Origin: an uncultured Alphaproteobacteria bacterium
GTDB taxonomy: Bacteria > Pseudomonadota > Alphaproteobacteria > Methylaequorales > Methylaequoraceae
Direction of reading: 5' to 3'
DNA length: 64,000 nucleotides
NCBI GenBank assembly: GCA_902530985.1
Contig: CACACI010000004.1
Coordinates: 2,339 to 66,338, forward strand
The position numbers and the translations under genes were made by a program. Shown here piece by piece: positions 1-11,366 of the stretch; position 1 is the first letter of the stretch; each line of letters starts with the position of its first letter. The notes beneath the pieces were generated by a model. It saw only the letters and a program-made list of their open reading frames with translations, was not told where the DNA came from and searched no databases.

Positions 1-1697
1 AGTATATTCAAACCTTTTTTTATGACTTGACTAATAGCGTATGCCAAAACTAATCTGGATTTTGATATATCAATGTTATTTTCTAAAATAATCTTTTTTG
101 ATGAATCAATCTTTCCTAAACCCCAATAAGCATGAAAATCCCTAGCCAAATCAAATAGATAATTTGTCACTCTATGTGGTTCATAATTATTTGCTGATGA
201 GATTATCATATTAAAATAATTACATAATTTTTTGATTAAAACCTTCTCCTCATCTAATTCAAGATAAAATAAATTAGAATTAGAAATATTAATTTTATTA
301 AAATCATCATCAAAAGTTTTATTATATATTTTTATAAGGGACATACATCTTACATATGCGTATTGAACATAAAAAACTGGATTATCTTTAGATTTAGACT
401 TTATAATTTCAAAATCAAAATCAATTCTTTTGTCTGCATTTCTTGAAATCATCATAAACCTTAGAACATCAGCTCCAACTATTTTAACGACATCTCTTAA
501 AGTCACATATTTTCCTTCTCTTTTCGACATCTTCACAATTTGGTCTCCCTCGAGAAGGTTGACTAATGATGTTAACTTTATTTCAAAATTAAATTTTTTT
601 TTCTTGTTAAGTTCTTCAAGAGCATTTTTTAGTCTTTTAACATACCCAGAATGGTCGATACCCCATATATTTAACAACGTATCATAATGTCTATCAATTT
701 TATTCTGGTGATAGATTATATCAGACATGAAATAGGTTAATTGACCATCAGGTTTAAGAAGAGCTCTATCACTATCATCACCCAATTTTTTTGATTTAAA
801 TAGTAATTGTTTTTTTTGTTGCCATTTTTCAACAGAAATTGACTTGGGTTTATCCTGATAACCAAAATAAATTAAATTCTTTTCTTCGAGTTTTTTTGTA
901 ATATTATTCACATTTTCTTTAACAGATATTTGTTTTTCAGAAACAAATGAATTGTGATCTACTCGAATTTTAAATAAATCAGACTTAATATCTTTCATAA
1001 TTAAATCAAGAACTTTTTCTTCAATTAAATTTTCATCTTTTGAATAATCTTTATGAATTTCTAAGATTTTTTTTGCAACTTCTTTAAGATAATCTCCGGG
1101 ATAAAAATCATCACTCATTTCAAATTTATTATCTGTTCTATTGTTTATATGAAAAATGATAGTTTTAATTAATTTCTTGATTTGTTCACCAGCATCATTT
1201 ATGTAGTATTCCTTTTCTACGTCATGACCCACTTCTTCTAAAATAGAAGAGATAGTATCGCCTAAAACCGCACCTCTTGCATGACCAATGTGCATAAGAC
1301 CAGTTGGATTCGCTGATACAAATTCAATGCAAATTTTTTTTTTTTTAATTTTATATTTATAAGTATCAATTTTTTTCATCAATTCTTTCAATTGACTCTG
1401 CCAAAATGAATCAGTAAAGAAAATATTTATGAATCCAGGCCCAACAATTTCTAATTTTTTAATTGATTCATTTTTTTTTAATTCTTCAGTAATTTTCTTT
1501 CCTAAAACATGTGGAGACATATCAATTATTTTTGAAAAGACCATAGCAATATTTGTTGATACATCGCCAAATTCTTTATTATCAGGGATTTCTATATTAA
1601 AAGAATCTGCTTTTAATTTTTCATTTAATTCTTTTACCAAGATCTCTGAGCTTATGAAATCTAATAACTTATATTTTAAAAAGTCATGGTAAAGCAT
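1..1697 (-). CDS. argS: arginine--tRNA ligase (3' end runs off window)
   Basis: Not in the ORF track because there is no stop in the window. Manual translation from ATG at 1697 gives MLYHDFLK...EFGDVSTNIAM, with in-frame IEFVSANPTGLMHIGHARGAVLG (HIGH motif) near 1260-1328. The start overlaps the dgt stop (TAATG). Confidence 0.96.
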   Translation of the reverse strand, partial: MLYHDFLKYKLLDFISSEILVKELNEKLKADSFNIEIPDNKEFGDVSTNIAMVFSKIIDMSPHVLGKKITEELKKNESIKKLEIVGPGFINIFFTDSFWQSQLKELMKKIDTYKYKIKKKKICIEFVSANPTGLMHIGHARGAVLGDTISSILEEVGHDVEKEYYINDAGEQIKKLIKTIIFHINNRTDNKFEMSDDFYPGDYLKEVAKKILEIHKDYSKDENLIEEKVLDLIMKDIKSDLFKIRVDHNSFVSEKQISVKENVNNITKKLEEKNLIYFGYQDKPKSISVEKWQQKKQLLFKSKKLGDDSDRALLKPDGQLTYFMSDIIYHQNKIDRHYDTLLNIWGIDHSGYVKRLKNALEELNKKKKFNFEIKLTSLVNLLEGDQIVKMSKREGKYVTLRDVVKIVGADVLRFMMISRNADKRIDFDFEIIKSKSKDNPVFYVQYAYVRCMSLIKIYNKTFDDDFNKINISNSNLFYLELDEEKVLIKKLCNYFNMIISSANNYEPHRVTNYLFDLARDFHAYWGLGKIDSSKKIILENNIDISKSRLVLAYAISQVIKKGLNI

Positions 1698-2836
1698 TAA
1701 AAACTATATAAATCAAAATATTTTTTGTGAATATTAATTGCATATTTATCTGTCATTCCAGAAATATAATCTGCTACATTTATAAATTTATCATACTCTT
1801 TATTATAATTTCTCCAATTTAATGGAAGTAAGTATGGCTCCTCAATAAATAAGTCAAATAAATCTGAAATAATTTTTTTTGCTTTAAAATTCATCGCTTT
1901 TACCCTAGGGTGATTATACATTTTATTTCTCAGAAATAATTTTAGTTCTTCTTCTTTTTTTTGCATTGCACTGCTAAAAACAACTAACGCATTTTCTGAT
2001 TTTAAAATTTCCTGATAATTTCTAATTCCTAATTTTTTTATATTCACTCTAGTATTTTTTATTAAATCATCCACCATTAAATTAATCAATTTTCTTATTA
2101 GCTCGTATTTAAATCTGCCAGAACTTTTTGATTTATTATACTTGATATTTATGATCGCTTCTCTAATTAATTCTAACTCTTCTAATTCTTCAACTTCAAA
2201 TAAATTTGCATATAGTCCGTCATCTATATCATTATTATTATATGCTATGTCATCGCACATTGCCGCAACTTGTGATTCAAAAGACCCTTGTAAATTTTTA
2301 TCACCATCAAAAAAGTTAATAAATTTATTTATATAACTTGGAATTTCTGCGTGAACTGGGCCATTATGTTTAAGAATTCCATCCAAGGTCTCATATGTAA
2401 GGTTCAGTCCATCAAAGTCCATATATTTTTTCTCTAAAACTGTAAGAATTTTCAAGGTTTGGAAGTTATGATTAAATCCACCTTTACCCTCCAATTTTTT
2501 ATTTAAAATATCCTCACCAGCATGACCAAATGGCGTGTGACCAAGATCGTGGCTCAATGAAATTGATTCTGCTAAATCATCATTAATACCAAACACCTTA
2601 GAAATAGATCTAGAAAGTTGTGAAACCTCTAAACTATGAGATAATCTAGTTCGATAGTAATCTTGCTCATGATATACAAATACTTGAGTTTTATATTTTA
2701 ATCTTCTAAAGGCTGAGCAATGTATAATTCTGTCTCTATCTCTCATGAAACATGTTCTATTTGGATCATCCTCTTCGCTGAAGACTCTTCCTTTACTTAA
2801 CTTATAATTAGTTGAAAAATTTGAATATTGCACCAT
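1697..2836 (-). CDS. dgt: deoxyguanosinetriphosphate triphosphohydrolase (HD domain)
   Basis: RDRDRIIHCSAFRRLKYKTQVF, RTRLSHSLEV, HDLGHTPFGHAGE, DYISGMTD motifs; erpA-dgt-argS synteny. Confidence 0.93.
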   Translation of the reverse strand: MVQYSNFSTNYKLSKGRVFSEEDDPNRTCFMRDRDRIIHCSAFRRLKYKTQVFVYHEQDYYRTRLSHSLEVSQLSRSISKVFGINDDLAESISLSHDLGHTPFGHAGEDILNKKLEGKGGFNHNFQTLKILTVLEKKYMDFDGLNLTYETLDGILKHNGPVHAEIPSYINKFINFFDGDKNLQGSFESQVAAMCDDIAYNNNDIDDGLYANLFEVEELEELELIREAIINIKYNKSKSSGRFKYELIRKLINLMVDDLIKNTRVNIKKLGIRNYQEILKSENALVVFSSAMQKKEEELKLFLRNKMYNHPRVKAMNFKAKKIISDLFDLFIEEPYLLPLNWRNYNKEYDKFINVADYISGMTDKYAINIHKKYFDLYSF

Positions 2837-2880
2837 AATCTATTAAACTATATTATTAACATAATTAAAGATATTTTATA

Positions 2881-3198
2881 ATGTTTGATCTTTCTAAAAA
2901 TGCCATAAAAAGAATAAGAGAAATTTCTCTAAAACAAAAACAAAAATACTTTAGAATTTCAGTTGATGGTGGAGGTTGCCAAGGATTTTCATATAAATTT
3001 ACTTTTGATGGCAAAATTAATAAAGATGATAAGTTATTTGAATTTAGTGATATACAAATTTTAATAGACCTTACCTCTTTAAATTTTCTTAAAGGATCTC
3101 AACTAGATTTTGTAGATGATATGATTGGCTCTTACTTTAAAGTAACAAACCCAAACGCTTCTTCTACATGCGGCTGTGGAACATCTTTCTCATTATAA
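2881..3198 (+). CDS. erpA: iron-sulfur cluster insertion protein ErpA (HesB/IscA family)
   Basis: GGGCQGFSY and C-terminal NPNASSTCGCGTSF. Confidence 0.9.
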   Translation: MFDLSKNAIKRIREISLKQKQKYFRISVDGGGCQGFSYKFTFDGKINKDDKLFEFSDIQILIDLTSLNFLKGSQLDFVDDMIGSYFKVTNPNASSTCGCGTSFSL

Positions 3199-3978
3199 AT
3201 GACTATAATAGCTTCCTGGAATATAAATTCTGTAAGAATAAGAATAGAACATTTAAAAAAATTCATTGAACAAGTTAAACCTGACATTTTACTTCTTCAA
3301 GAAATTAAGTGCACAAATGAAGAATTCCCAGATTTCTATTCAGCATTAGGTTATAAAGCTATAGTTAATGGTCAAAAGGGGAAATACGGTGTTGCAACTA
3401 TTTTAAAAAATAAACTACATTTTGAAGAAATAAATCTTTCTGAAGAAATCATACAAAAAGAATCAAGAACAAGCTTTATACATGTGAAACAATTAAATTT
3501 AAAAATTTTAAATGTTTACACACCAAATGGAAATCCAATTGAAAATGAAGAAAAATTTAAGTTCAAAATTTTATGGATGGAAAAATTAAAAGAAATAGCA
3601 AAAAAGCAAGTTCAAAATATGGAAAATATATTAATTGCTGGTGATTTTAATGTTTTGGAAAATGAAAAAGATGTTACAAACTTTAAATTCTGGGAGAATG
3701 ACGCATTAGGTAATATAAACATTAGGCAGAAATTTAGAGAAATCCTATCTTCTGGACTAACTAATATTGTTAGAGTATTTAATAGACCTGGAGAAAATTT
3801 CTCTTATTGGGACTATCAGAAATCTTGTTGGGAGAGAAATGATGGACTTTTGATAGATCATTTTCTAATATCGCCAAGCTACTTACATCATGTAAAGAAT
3901 ATTACATTTGAATCAAAGTATAGGGCTATGGAAAGGCCTTCAGATCATATACCTATATGGATAGCTTTAAATATCTGA
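3199..3978 (+). CDS. xth: exodeoxyribonuclease III
   Basis: SWNINS, LQEIK, GDFN, IDHFL, SDHIP motifs. Confidence 0.93.
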   Translation: MTIIASWNINSVRIRIEHLKKFIEQVKPDILLLQEIKCTNEEFPDFYSALGYKAIVNGQKGKYGVATILKNKLHFEEINLSEEIIQKESRTSFIHVKQLNLKILNVYTPNGNPIENEEKFKFKILWMEKLKEIAKKQVQNMENILIAGDFNVLENEKDVTNFKFWENDALGNINIRQKFREILSSGLTNIVRVFNRPGENFSYWDYQKSCWERNDGLLIDHFLISPSYLHHVKNITFESKYRAMERPSDHIPIWIALNI

Positions 3979-5688
3979 ATAAATTTTTTTCTCTTTTTTT
4001 GCTCCTGGATGAGTTACAGCCCCATATCTTGCTGAACCAACTGTTTGAGAAAACTTCCAAAGAGCACCGGATCCAAAATCATTTTCTTTAGTTTTTAATA
4101 TTTCTTTTCTTTGAGCTAAAATTGAATCTTTGACATTTAGTTTTAAAACTCCTTTATCAGCATCAATAAGGATTTCATCACCATCTTGAATTAAAGCAAT
4201 TGGGCCTAAAGCCATTGCTTCAGGACTAATATGACCTACACATAAACCTCTCGTGGCACCAGAAAATCTACCATCAGTGATTAGAGCCACTTTTTCACCC
4301 ATACCTTGACCATAAATTGCAGCTGTGGTTGCCAACATTTCTCTCATTCCAGGACCTCCTTTAGGGCCTTCATATCTAATAACAATAACATCCCCCGATT
4401 TATATTGTTTTTTACTAACCGCCTCAAAAGCCTCTTCTTCGCAATCAAAACATCTTGCTTTTCCTTTAAAAACTTTTGAATTTAGCCCAGCAACCTTAAC
4501 AATTGCCCCGTCAGGAGCAAGATTTCCCTTTAAACCAACAACTCCTCCTGTAGAAGAAATTGGATTATTGGTTGGATATATTACTTTTTGGGACTTGTAG
4601 TCTACTTTAACAGATTCAAGGTTTTCCTCTAAAGTTTTTCCAGTTACAGTTAAGCAACTTCCATCAAGAAATCCTCCATCAAGAAGCGTCTTCATAATAA
4701 TTGGCACTCCTCCAATGTCATGCAAATCTTTTGCAAGATATTTTCCACCTGGCTTCAGGTCAACTAAATATGGTGTTTCTCTAAAAATTTTTGCAACATC
4801 TAAAATATCAAAATCAATCCCTATTTCATTTGCCAAAGCTGGAAGGTGTAATGCTGCATTAGTTGACCCTCCTGAACAAGCAACTATTCTTGCAGCGTTT
4901 ATCAATGATTTTTTGTTAACTATCTCTCTAGGTTTAAGTTGTAAGTTTATTAAATCCATAACTTTTCGCCCTGATTCATATGCGTATTCATCTCTTGATT
5001 CAAAGGGAGCAGGAGTTGAGGAAGAACCTGGAAGAGCCAAACCAATTGCTTCAGCAACACATGCCATTGTATTTGCAGTAAATTGTCCACCACATGAACC
5101 AGCTGATGGACATGCAACTTTTTCTAAATCGCAAAGTTCTTTTTCTGAAATTTGTTTTGAATCAAATTTTCCTACAGCCTCAAAGACGTCCTGAACTGTC
5201 ACTTCTTTATTTTTATGCTTACCGGGAAGTATTGAACCACCATAAAGAAAAACTGAAGGAACATTTAATCTTAACATAGCCATCATAATCCCTGGTAATG
5301 ATTTGTCACACCCAGCAATTCCAACTAAACCATCATAACAATGACCTCTCATTGATACTTCGATAGAATCTGCAATAATTTCTCTGGAAACTAAAGATGA
5401 CTTCATACCTTCATGTCCCATAGCTATTCCGTCTGTTACAGTAATTGTTGTAAACTCTCTTGGAGTTCCATTATTTTCTTTAACACCTCTTTTTGTTGAT
5501 TGTGCTTGTCTTGAAAGAGAAATATTACAAGGAGCAGATTCATTCCAACATGTTGCAACACCAACAAATGGTTGGTATATTTCGTTTTCTGTCATACCCA
5601 TCGCATAGTAATATGATCTATGAGGTGAACTCTTTGGACCTAATGAAACATGTCTACTGGGAAGCAAATCTTTTTTAATCTTTTTCAT
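3967..5688 (-). CDS. ilvD: dihydroxy-acid dehydratase
   Basis: [50 protein letters not shown]. Confidence 0.97.
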   Translation of the reverse strand: MKKIKKDLLPSRHVSLGPKSSPHRSYYYAMGMTENEIYQPFVGVATCWNESAPCNISLSRQAQSTKRGVKENNGTPREFTTITVTDGIAMGHEGMKSSLVSREIIADSIEVSMRGHCYDGLVGIAGCDKSLPGIMMAMLRLNVPSVFLYGGSILPGKHKNKEVTVQDVFEAVGKFDSKQISEKELCDLEKVACPSAGSCGGQFTANTMACVAEAIGLALPGSSSTPAPFESRDEYAYESGRKVMDLINLQLKPREIVNKKSLINAARIVACSGGSTNAALHLPALANEIGIDFDILDVAKIFRETPYLVDLKPGGKYLAKDLHDIGGVPIIMKTLLDGGFLDGSCLTVTGKTLEENLESVKVDYKSQKVIYPTNNPISSTGGVVGLKGNLAPDGAIVKVAGLNSKVFKGKARCFDCEEEAFEAVSKKQYKSGDVIVIRYEGPKGGPGMREMLATTAAIYGQGMGEKVALITDGRFSGATRGLCVGHISPEAMALGPIALIQDGDEILIDADKGVLKLNVKDSILAQRKEILKTKENDFGSGALWKFSQTVGSARYGAVTHPGAKKEKKIYSDI

Positions 5689-5689
5689 C

Positions 5690-6460
5690 TTATATTTTTC
5701 TTAAAATTAATTTATTAAACATTCTACTAAATTCTGTCTTATTTTCAAAAAAAGAAAAGTGACCAGAATTTTTAATTTTGAACCGAATTGAGCCAAATAA
5801 AGATCCTGACTTATTAATTTGAGATTTATCACCACTAACGTAAATACTTTTTTTAAAAAATATTTTAAAAAAATGTAATAATTCATTTGTTTTACTTAAT
5901 TTAACACATTCTTTTGATAAATCATAAAAAGCAACTGAAGAAGTTTTTTTAAGCGAATTAGACCAAAGATTAATAAATCTTTTATTAGATTCAGAACATT
6001 TAGAAATAAGTTTATCAAATTTTGTTGAAGTAAAATCATTTTTTTTGTATGAAATTGTTTTTTTTGTAAGAGTTTCCGTATCATCCTCAGTAAGGTTGCC
6101 CTCATAATTAATAAATTTTTTTATTAGAATTTTTTTTTTTAAAAAATTTTTAACTAAAATTATCGGAATAATACCCCCTAATGAATGAGCAAAAAAAGTT
6201 ATTTCTTTTATTTTATTTTTTTTTATGAAAAGAAATATTTTTCTCGAATACTTATATAAGTTATCATTATTATAACTAAGATTATTATGTCCAGGTAGTT
6301 CGGCAATGAATAACTGTGATTTAAAATTAATTTGTTTAAATAGAAATTTAAAATCATTTCCACTACATCCCAGACCATAGAAAAAAAGTATTACTCTTGG
6401 ACTTGAAATATTTTTCTTATTAGAAAAAAATAAAATATTTTTAAATTTTATCTTGAACAT
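5690..6460 (-). CDS. alpha/beta-fold hydrolase
   Basis: YGLG oxyanion loop, ELPGH, AHSLGG nucleophile elbow, C-terminal GHF. Confidence 0.75.
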   Translation of the reverse strand: MFKIKFKNILFFSNKKNISSPRVILFFYGLGCSGNDFKFLFKQINFKSQLFIAELPGHNNLSYNNDNLYKYSRKIFLFIKKNKIKEITFFAHSLGGIIPIILVKNFLKKKILIKKFINYEGNLTEDDTETLTKKTISYKKNDFTSTKFDKLISKCSESNKRFINLWSNSLKKTSSVAFYDLSKECVKLSKTNELLHFFKIFFKKSIYVSGDKSQINKSGSLFGSIRFKIKNSGHFSFFENKTEFSRMFNKLILRKI

Positions 6461-9062
6461 TATTTTTGACTAAGAGTTCTAAATTTCTCTCTGCTTCTTC
6501 AAGTTTTTTTTTATGATCTTCAACAATTCTAGGTGGAGCTTTATTAATAAAATTTTTATTATTTAATTTTTTCATAAAGAATTTTACCTCGTTCTTATAA
6601 TGCTCTATTTCTTTTGATAAAGATTTAGTATCAAATGAAGAATTATTTTCCTGCGATTCTAAAATAAATTTTAATCCAGAAACTACGATTACTTTATTGT
6701 TATTTTCATCACATTTTTCTTTATATTTAACCTCATTAAATCTAAATATTGAATTAATTAAAAAGATATTCTTGTCAATCCAATGAATCTTGTTTTTAGA
6801 GATTATAATTAGATTAAATTTTAATTTTTTAATATTACCAATTTCAAATCTAATTTTTTTTAAAAGTTCAATAAAATTATTAAATTCGATAATCGTCTCT
6901 TTTTCATGGGTTAATTTCGAATCAGTTTTTATTAGTTCATTAAAAAATGAATTCTTAATAAAACCTAATTCTTTCCCAATCTCTTCGGTAATAAATGGAA
7001 TTATTGGATTAATCAAATTTAATGATTCCGAAAAGATGTAATTAAAAATACCAGAGATCTCTTTTTTATTTTTTTCTTCTTTCAAATAATTTTTTGATAA
7101 CTCTATGTATAAGTCACAAAAATCGTTCCATAAGAAATGGTATAAATCTGATATAACTAAATTAAATTTAAATAATTCAATATTCTTTATAACTTTACTT
7201 TGTGTTTCTGAAAATCTATATAAAATCCATTTATTAAGAGAGAGTTTTGTTGATTTTGGTGAAAACTTTGAGTCAAAAGAAAAATTATTAAATTGACTAA
7301 ATCTTGCTACATTCCATATTTTTGTTATAAAATTTCTGCTATTTTCAACTAATTTGTTAGATAGTTTTATATCTCTACCTTGAGTCGACAAATTTGCCAG
7401 AGTAAATCTCAAAGCGTCCGAACCATATGAATCAATTAATTCAAGTGGGTCTATAACATTTCCTTTAGATTTTGACATTTTTTGACCTTTTTCATCTTTT
7501 ACCAAAGGATGAATATATATATTTTTGAATGGAATTTCTTTCATGAACTCTAAGCCCATCATAATCATTCTGGCGACCCAAAAAAATATAATATCAAAAC
7601 CTGTAACTAATACATTGCTTGGGTAGAATTTCTTAAGTAAATTATTTTTTTTAGGCCAACCTAGAGTTGAAAATGGCCATAAAGCTGATGAAAACCATGT
7701 ATCAAGAACATCAGAATCTTGATGAGTCACTTTTGCAGTTTTATTTTTACTTGTAAGTATCTTCTCAGCATCTTGTTTTGAACTTGCTGCAACTACAATA
7801 TCAGAGTTCGTATACCATATAGGAATTCTATGTCCCCACCAGATTTGTCTAGAAATACACCATGGTTCAATATTTTTTATCCAATGTTTGAAGGTATTCA
7901 TCCAAGAGTTTGGATGAAACTTTATTTTTTTTTCTTTCATTGCTCTTTCAACAGCAACGCATATTTTTTTAGTATCTAAAAACCATTGGTAAGTCATATA
8001 TGGTTCTATAACTTCACCACTTCTATCTCCTACAGGAATTACCATTTTATTATTTTCTACCTTTTCAACCCTACCTTGCTCTTGTAACTCCAAAATTACT
8101 TTTTTCCTGGCTTTGAATCTATTAACTCCTTGATAATTTTTGGGAACATTATTGTTTAGATTAGCTTTATTGTCTAAAATATTCAAAAATTCTAATTTAT
8201 GTTTTTTTCCAACATGAAAATCACTAAAATCGTGTGCAGGAGTTATTTTGACAGCTCCTGAACCTTTTTCTGGGTCTGCATATCTATCAGATATTATAGG
8301 AATTCTTCTATTTACGATTGGAATTAAGGCAAATTTACCAATAAATTTCTTTAGTTTTAAATTTTTTGGATGAATTGCTATTGCCGTGTCTCCAAATATA
8401 GTTTCCGGCCTTGTTGTTCCTACAATAATAGATTGTTTATTTTTTTCTATATCGTACCTAATAAAATACATTTTTCCAATAATCTCATTTTGATTAACTT
8501 CAAGGTCTGATAAAGCTGTTTCCAATTTAGGGTCCCAGTTAACCAGTCTCTTGTCTTTGTAAATCATGCCTTTGTTAAATAAGTTAATAAAAACTTCATT
8601 CACAGACTCACTTAACCCATCATCCATTGTAAATCTTGACATATCCCAATCAACTGCAGCACCTAATCTATTCATCTGATTCAAAATTTTATCTCCTGAC
8701 TCTTTCTTCCAATCCCATATCTTTTCAATAAACTTTTCCCTTCCCAAATCATTTTTATTTTTGCCTTTTTTATCTATGATCCTTTTTTCAACAATCATTT
8801 CTGTTGCAATGCCAGCATGATCTGTCCCTGGCTGCCACAAAACATTTTTTCCAAGTTTTTTATGAAATCTAATCAATATATCTTGAAGCGTAAATGTAAG
8901 TGCATGCCCCATATGCAGACTACCTGTAACATTTGGTGGAGGCATCATTATACAGAATGGATCATTTTGAGGTTCATCCTGAAATGAAAAGGTTTTGGAT
9001 TTAGACCAGTTATCTAAACATTTTGTTTCAATTTCTGAGAAGTTAAATCTTTTTCCGAGCAT
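6441..9062 (-). CDS. valS: valine--tRNA ligase
   Basis: PPPNVTGSLHMGH, WCISRQIWWGH, DVLDTWFSS, KMSKS. Confidence 0.98.
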   Translation of the reverse strand: MLGKRFNFSEIETKCLDNWSKSKTFSFQDEPQNDPFCIMMPPPNVTGSLHMGHALTFTLQDILIRFHKKLGKNVLWQPGTDHAGIATEMIVEKRIIDKKGKNKNDLGREKFIEKIWDWKKESGDKILNQMNRLGAAVDWDMSRFTMDDGLSESVNEVFINLFNKGMIYKDKRLVNWDPKLETALSDLEVNQNEIIGKMYFIRYDIEKNKQSIIVGTTRPETIFGDTAIAIHPKNLKLKKFIGKFALIPIVNRRIPIISDRYADPEKGSGAVKITPAHDFSDFHVGKKHKLEFLNILDNKANLNNNVPKNYQGVNRFKARKKVILELQEQGRVEKVENNKMVIPVGDRSGEVIEPYMTYQWFLDTKKICVAVERAMKEKKIKFHPNSWMNTFKHWIKNIEPWCISRQIWWGHRIPIWYTNSDIVVAASSKQDAEKILTSKNKTAKVTHQDSDVLDTWFSSALWPFSTLGWPKKNNLLKKFYPSNVLVTGFDIIFFWVARMIMMGLEFMKEIPFKNIYIHPLVKDEKGQKMSKSKGNVIDPLELIDSYGSDALRFTLANLSTQGRDIKLSNKLVENSRNFITKIWNVARFSQFNNFSFDSKFSPKSTKLSLNKWILYRFSETQSKVIKNIELFKFNLVISDLYHFLWNDFCDLYIELSKNYLKEEKNKKEISGIFNYIFSESLNLINPIIPFITEEIGKELGFIKNSFFNELIKTDSKLTHEKETIIEFNNFIELLKKIRFEIGNIKKLKFNLIIISKNKIHWIDKNIFLINSIFRFNEVKYKEKCDENNNKVIVVSGLKFILESQENNSSFDTKSLSKEIEHYKNEVKFFMKKLNNKNFINKAPPRIVEDHKKKLEEAERNLELLVKNNVQDKI

Positions 9063-9065
9063 TAT

Positions 9066-10430
9066 TTATTCAATTATATCTAACCACTTGTATTTTATAT
9101 CCTTAAAATTTTCAACTTCATCATAATAAATTACTGACAAGCCTAAATCTCTGGCATTTAATTCTCCCATAAAGAAAAGAGTTTCATAGTAGGAGTTAAA
9201 AAGATCTCTATAAGATTTTACAAGATCTAGTTCAGATTGAAGTAATTCTTGTTCACCATCTAAGAGGTCTAACATTGTTCTTTCTCCTAACTGCATTTCC
9301 TGCCTAAGTCCATCCAAATATATTTTATTAGATGCAATCTGCTTTTTATAAGCAGCAATCTTAGAATATGAATAATCATAGGAAGACTTTGAAGAAATTA
9401 AATTAAATAATATCTCATCCTGAGTTTGTTTTAAAAACTGTCTAAGAGCAAATAGTTGAGCTTTAGATTCTCTAATTTTTGATGATGCACTTCCAGATTG
9501 ATACAAGGGAATGTCAACAGTCGCAAAAGCTGATAAAACTTCTCTCTTACTATCATTTCTGAAATAACCTTCATTTATATATGCATCTGCTTCGAATTTT
9601 ACACTTGGTAATTTTTTTCTTTTTAATGTCTTTATTTTACTCTCGGAAGACTTGATTTGATATATAAGGTCATTAATTTTTGGGTTATTTTTTGTACTTA
9701 AAGATTTCATTTCTTCAATTTGTTTTTTAAATTCAAGAACAGTTAAATCTATTTTTGGTTCACGAGGTTCTATTCCAAAAATAAAAGAAAAATTTGCAGT
9801 TAAAGATTCCAAATTCTTTTCAGATTCTATCAAGTCTGAATCTGCCAGGGACAACCTAGCTTCTGCAATTGAAACATCAGTTAAGGTAACTTCACCAATT
9901 TCAAATTGTTCTTTAGTTAAATCTAGTCTACTTTGCAATACTTCTAAATTCTTTTTTTTAAGTTCATAATTAGATTTTTCTGTTGCATAATCTGCGTAAA
10001 CTTTTATTGCGTCCATAAATATTTCTTGCTCTGTATTTTTCAATACATAACGATGAGACACAATAGTGTTTTCTGCAACTTTAAGATTACTTAAACTACT
10101 CCCACCATCAAAAATATTCTGAGTTATACTAATACCTTTATTAGTTTCTGTCCTAATTCCATCTGAAGTTATGTTAAAACCATGAGAGTTCGTATGAACT
10201 TTTCCTTTTTCATAGTATCCTTTAATTTCTGGTCTAAACTCAGAAAGAGCCTGTGGCATTAATTCATCCTTAGATTTAAGTAAATTTCTTTCATATTTTA
10301 TTCTTGGATTAGTCTCATAAAGTGATTCTAATGATACTTTTAAATCCGAATTCATTATCGGTTGACAAAATAATAATTGAGGAAAAATTATTATGAAATT
10401 TAGAAAAAAAAAGTTACGAATCATTTTCAT
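9066..10430 (-). CDS. tolC: TolC-family outer membrane efflux protein
   Basis: Signal peptide, QNIFDGG, FEIGEVTLTDV, LGERTMLDLLD; follows pcm as in Alphaproteobacteria. Start re-called to ATG at 10430 (MKMIRNFF). Confidence 0.85.
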   Translation of the reverse strand: MKMIRNFFFLNFIIIFPQLLFCQPIMNSDLKVSLESLYETNPRIKYERNLLKSKDELMPQALSEFRPEIKGYYEKGKVHTNSHGFNITSDGIRTETNKGISITQNIFDGGSSLSNLKVAENTIVSHRYVLKNTEQEIFMDAIKVYADYATEKSNYELKKKNLEVLQSRLDLTKEQFEIGEVTLTDVSIAEARLSLADSDLIESEKNLESLTANFSFIFGIEPREPKIDLTVLEFKKQIEEMKSLSTKNNPKINDLIYQIKSSESKIKTLKRKKLPSVKFEADAYINEGYFRNDSKREVLSAFATVDIPLYQSGSASSKIRESKAQLFALRQFLKQTQDEILFNLISSKSSYDYSYSKIAAYKKQIASNKIYLDGLRQEMQLGERTMLDLLDGEQELLQSELDLVKSYRDLFNSYYETLFFMGELNARDLGLSVIYYDEVENFKDIKYKWLDIIE

Positions 10431-11088
10431 AACCATTTTTCTGGTTAATGAAATCTTCCAATTCAAATAAATTTGTATTAAATAGTTTTGTAAATGAGAT
10501 TATTGAATCAATTTTTTTACCTCTTACAAACTCACCAATATAATCATCGTCTTTTAAAACTGTATAGATTTCACCATTTTCTTTTAATTGTTTACTTAAA
10601 GCACTTGGAATAGATTGAACAGAACCCTCAATAAATATCTTATCATATGGAGAGTTTTTGTTATTTCCACTATTAAGATTTGATTTAAATAAAACAGAAC
10701 AATTTAAACATCCCATTTGTGAGAGAGTCTTATTTGCTTGATCTACAAATTTTTTATTATTTTCTATACCAAAAACATAACTAACCAGTTTCGAGACGAT
10801 TGCCACTGAATACCCAGTTAGGCAACCAATTACCAATACGGAGTCTTCTTTTGAAAAATTACAATATTCAAACATTTTTGCTAGCACAAAGGATCTCATT
10901 AGATATCTTTCAGGAGTTATCATTATATCTGAATCGCTATAAACCAAATCTTTTTCTGAATCAGGAACAAATAATTCTTTCTGCGTGTTATCAAATGAAT
11001 TAATAATTTCAGAATTTTTTACACCATTAGGTAATATTTGATTATTTATCATATTTGTCCTAGCAATTTCAAAAAAATTATTATTCAT
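10414..11088 (-). CDS. pcm: protein-L-isoaspartate O-methyltransferase family protein
   Basis: ARTNMINNQILP, LVIGCLTGYS SAM motif, PYDKIFIEG; pcm-tolC-valS synteny. Confidence 0.85.
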   Translation of the reverse strand: MNNNFFEIARTNMINNQILPNGVKNSEIINSFDNTQKELFVPDSEKDLVYSDSDIMITPERYLMRSFVLAKMFEYCNFSKEDSVLVIGCLTGYSVAIVSKLVSYVFGIENNKKFVDQANKTLSQMGCLNCSVLFKSNLNSGNNKNSPYDKIFIEGSVQSIPSALSKQLKENGEIYTVLKDDDYIGEFVRGKKIDSIISFTKLFNTNLFELEDFINQKNGYENDS

Positions 11089-11160
11089 AATTATGGTATT
11101 ATTAGTTATTGTTTAATATATAAGTATTAATATTTATTACAATATTTAAGAATTTTATGG

Positions 11161-11234
11161 GGTGCGGTGGCGGAGAGGCTACGCACCGGCCTGCAAAGCC
11201 GAGAACACCGGTTCGAATCCGGTCCGCACCTCCA
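11161..11234 (+). tRNA. tRNA-Cys(GCA)
   Basis: GGTGCGG/CCGCACC acceptor stem, anticodon arm CCGGC-CTGCAAA-GCCG, GTTCGAATCC T-loop, encoded CCA. Confidence 0.96.
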
Positions 11235-11286
11235 GTAAATTATTAATGTTTTACAATTTAGAAAATTTCACTATTATAAGCCTAAT

Positions 11287-11362
11287 TCCGGCGTAGCTCA
11301 GCTGGTAGAGCAAGCGACTGTTAATCGCTGGGTCACAGGTTCGAGTCCTGTCGCCGGAGCCA
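11287..11362 (+). tRNA. tRNA-Asn(GTT)
   Basis: TCCGGCG/CGCCGGA acceptor stem, AGCGA-CTGTTAA-TCGCT anticodon arm, GTTCGAGTCC, encoded CCA. Confidence 0.97.
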
Positions 11363-11366
11363 TTTT

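Noticed and set aside
1334-1346. T13 homopolymer in argS as a frameshift or phase-variation site
   Set aside because: The frame is intact from ATG 1697 to the HIGH motif; it encodes a Lys run in an essential gene of an AT-rich genome.
1697-2836. dGTPase as an anti-phage nucleotide-depletion system
   Set aside because: It is the short housekeeping form in the conserved erpA-dgt-argS context, with no defence-island neighbours.
4325-5194. Long antisense ORFs inside ilvD (and similar ones inside argS, valS, hpnN, the RND permease, hscA)
   Set aside because: They are shadow frames opposite well-supported genes, with no motifs or RBS.
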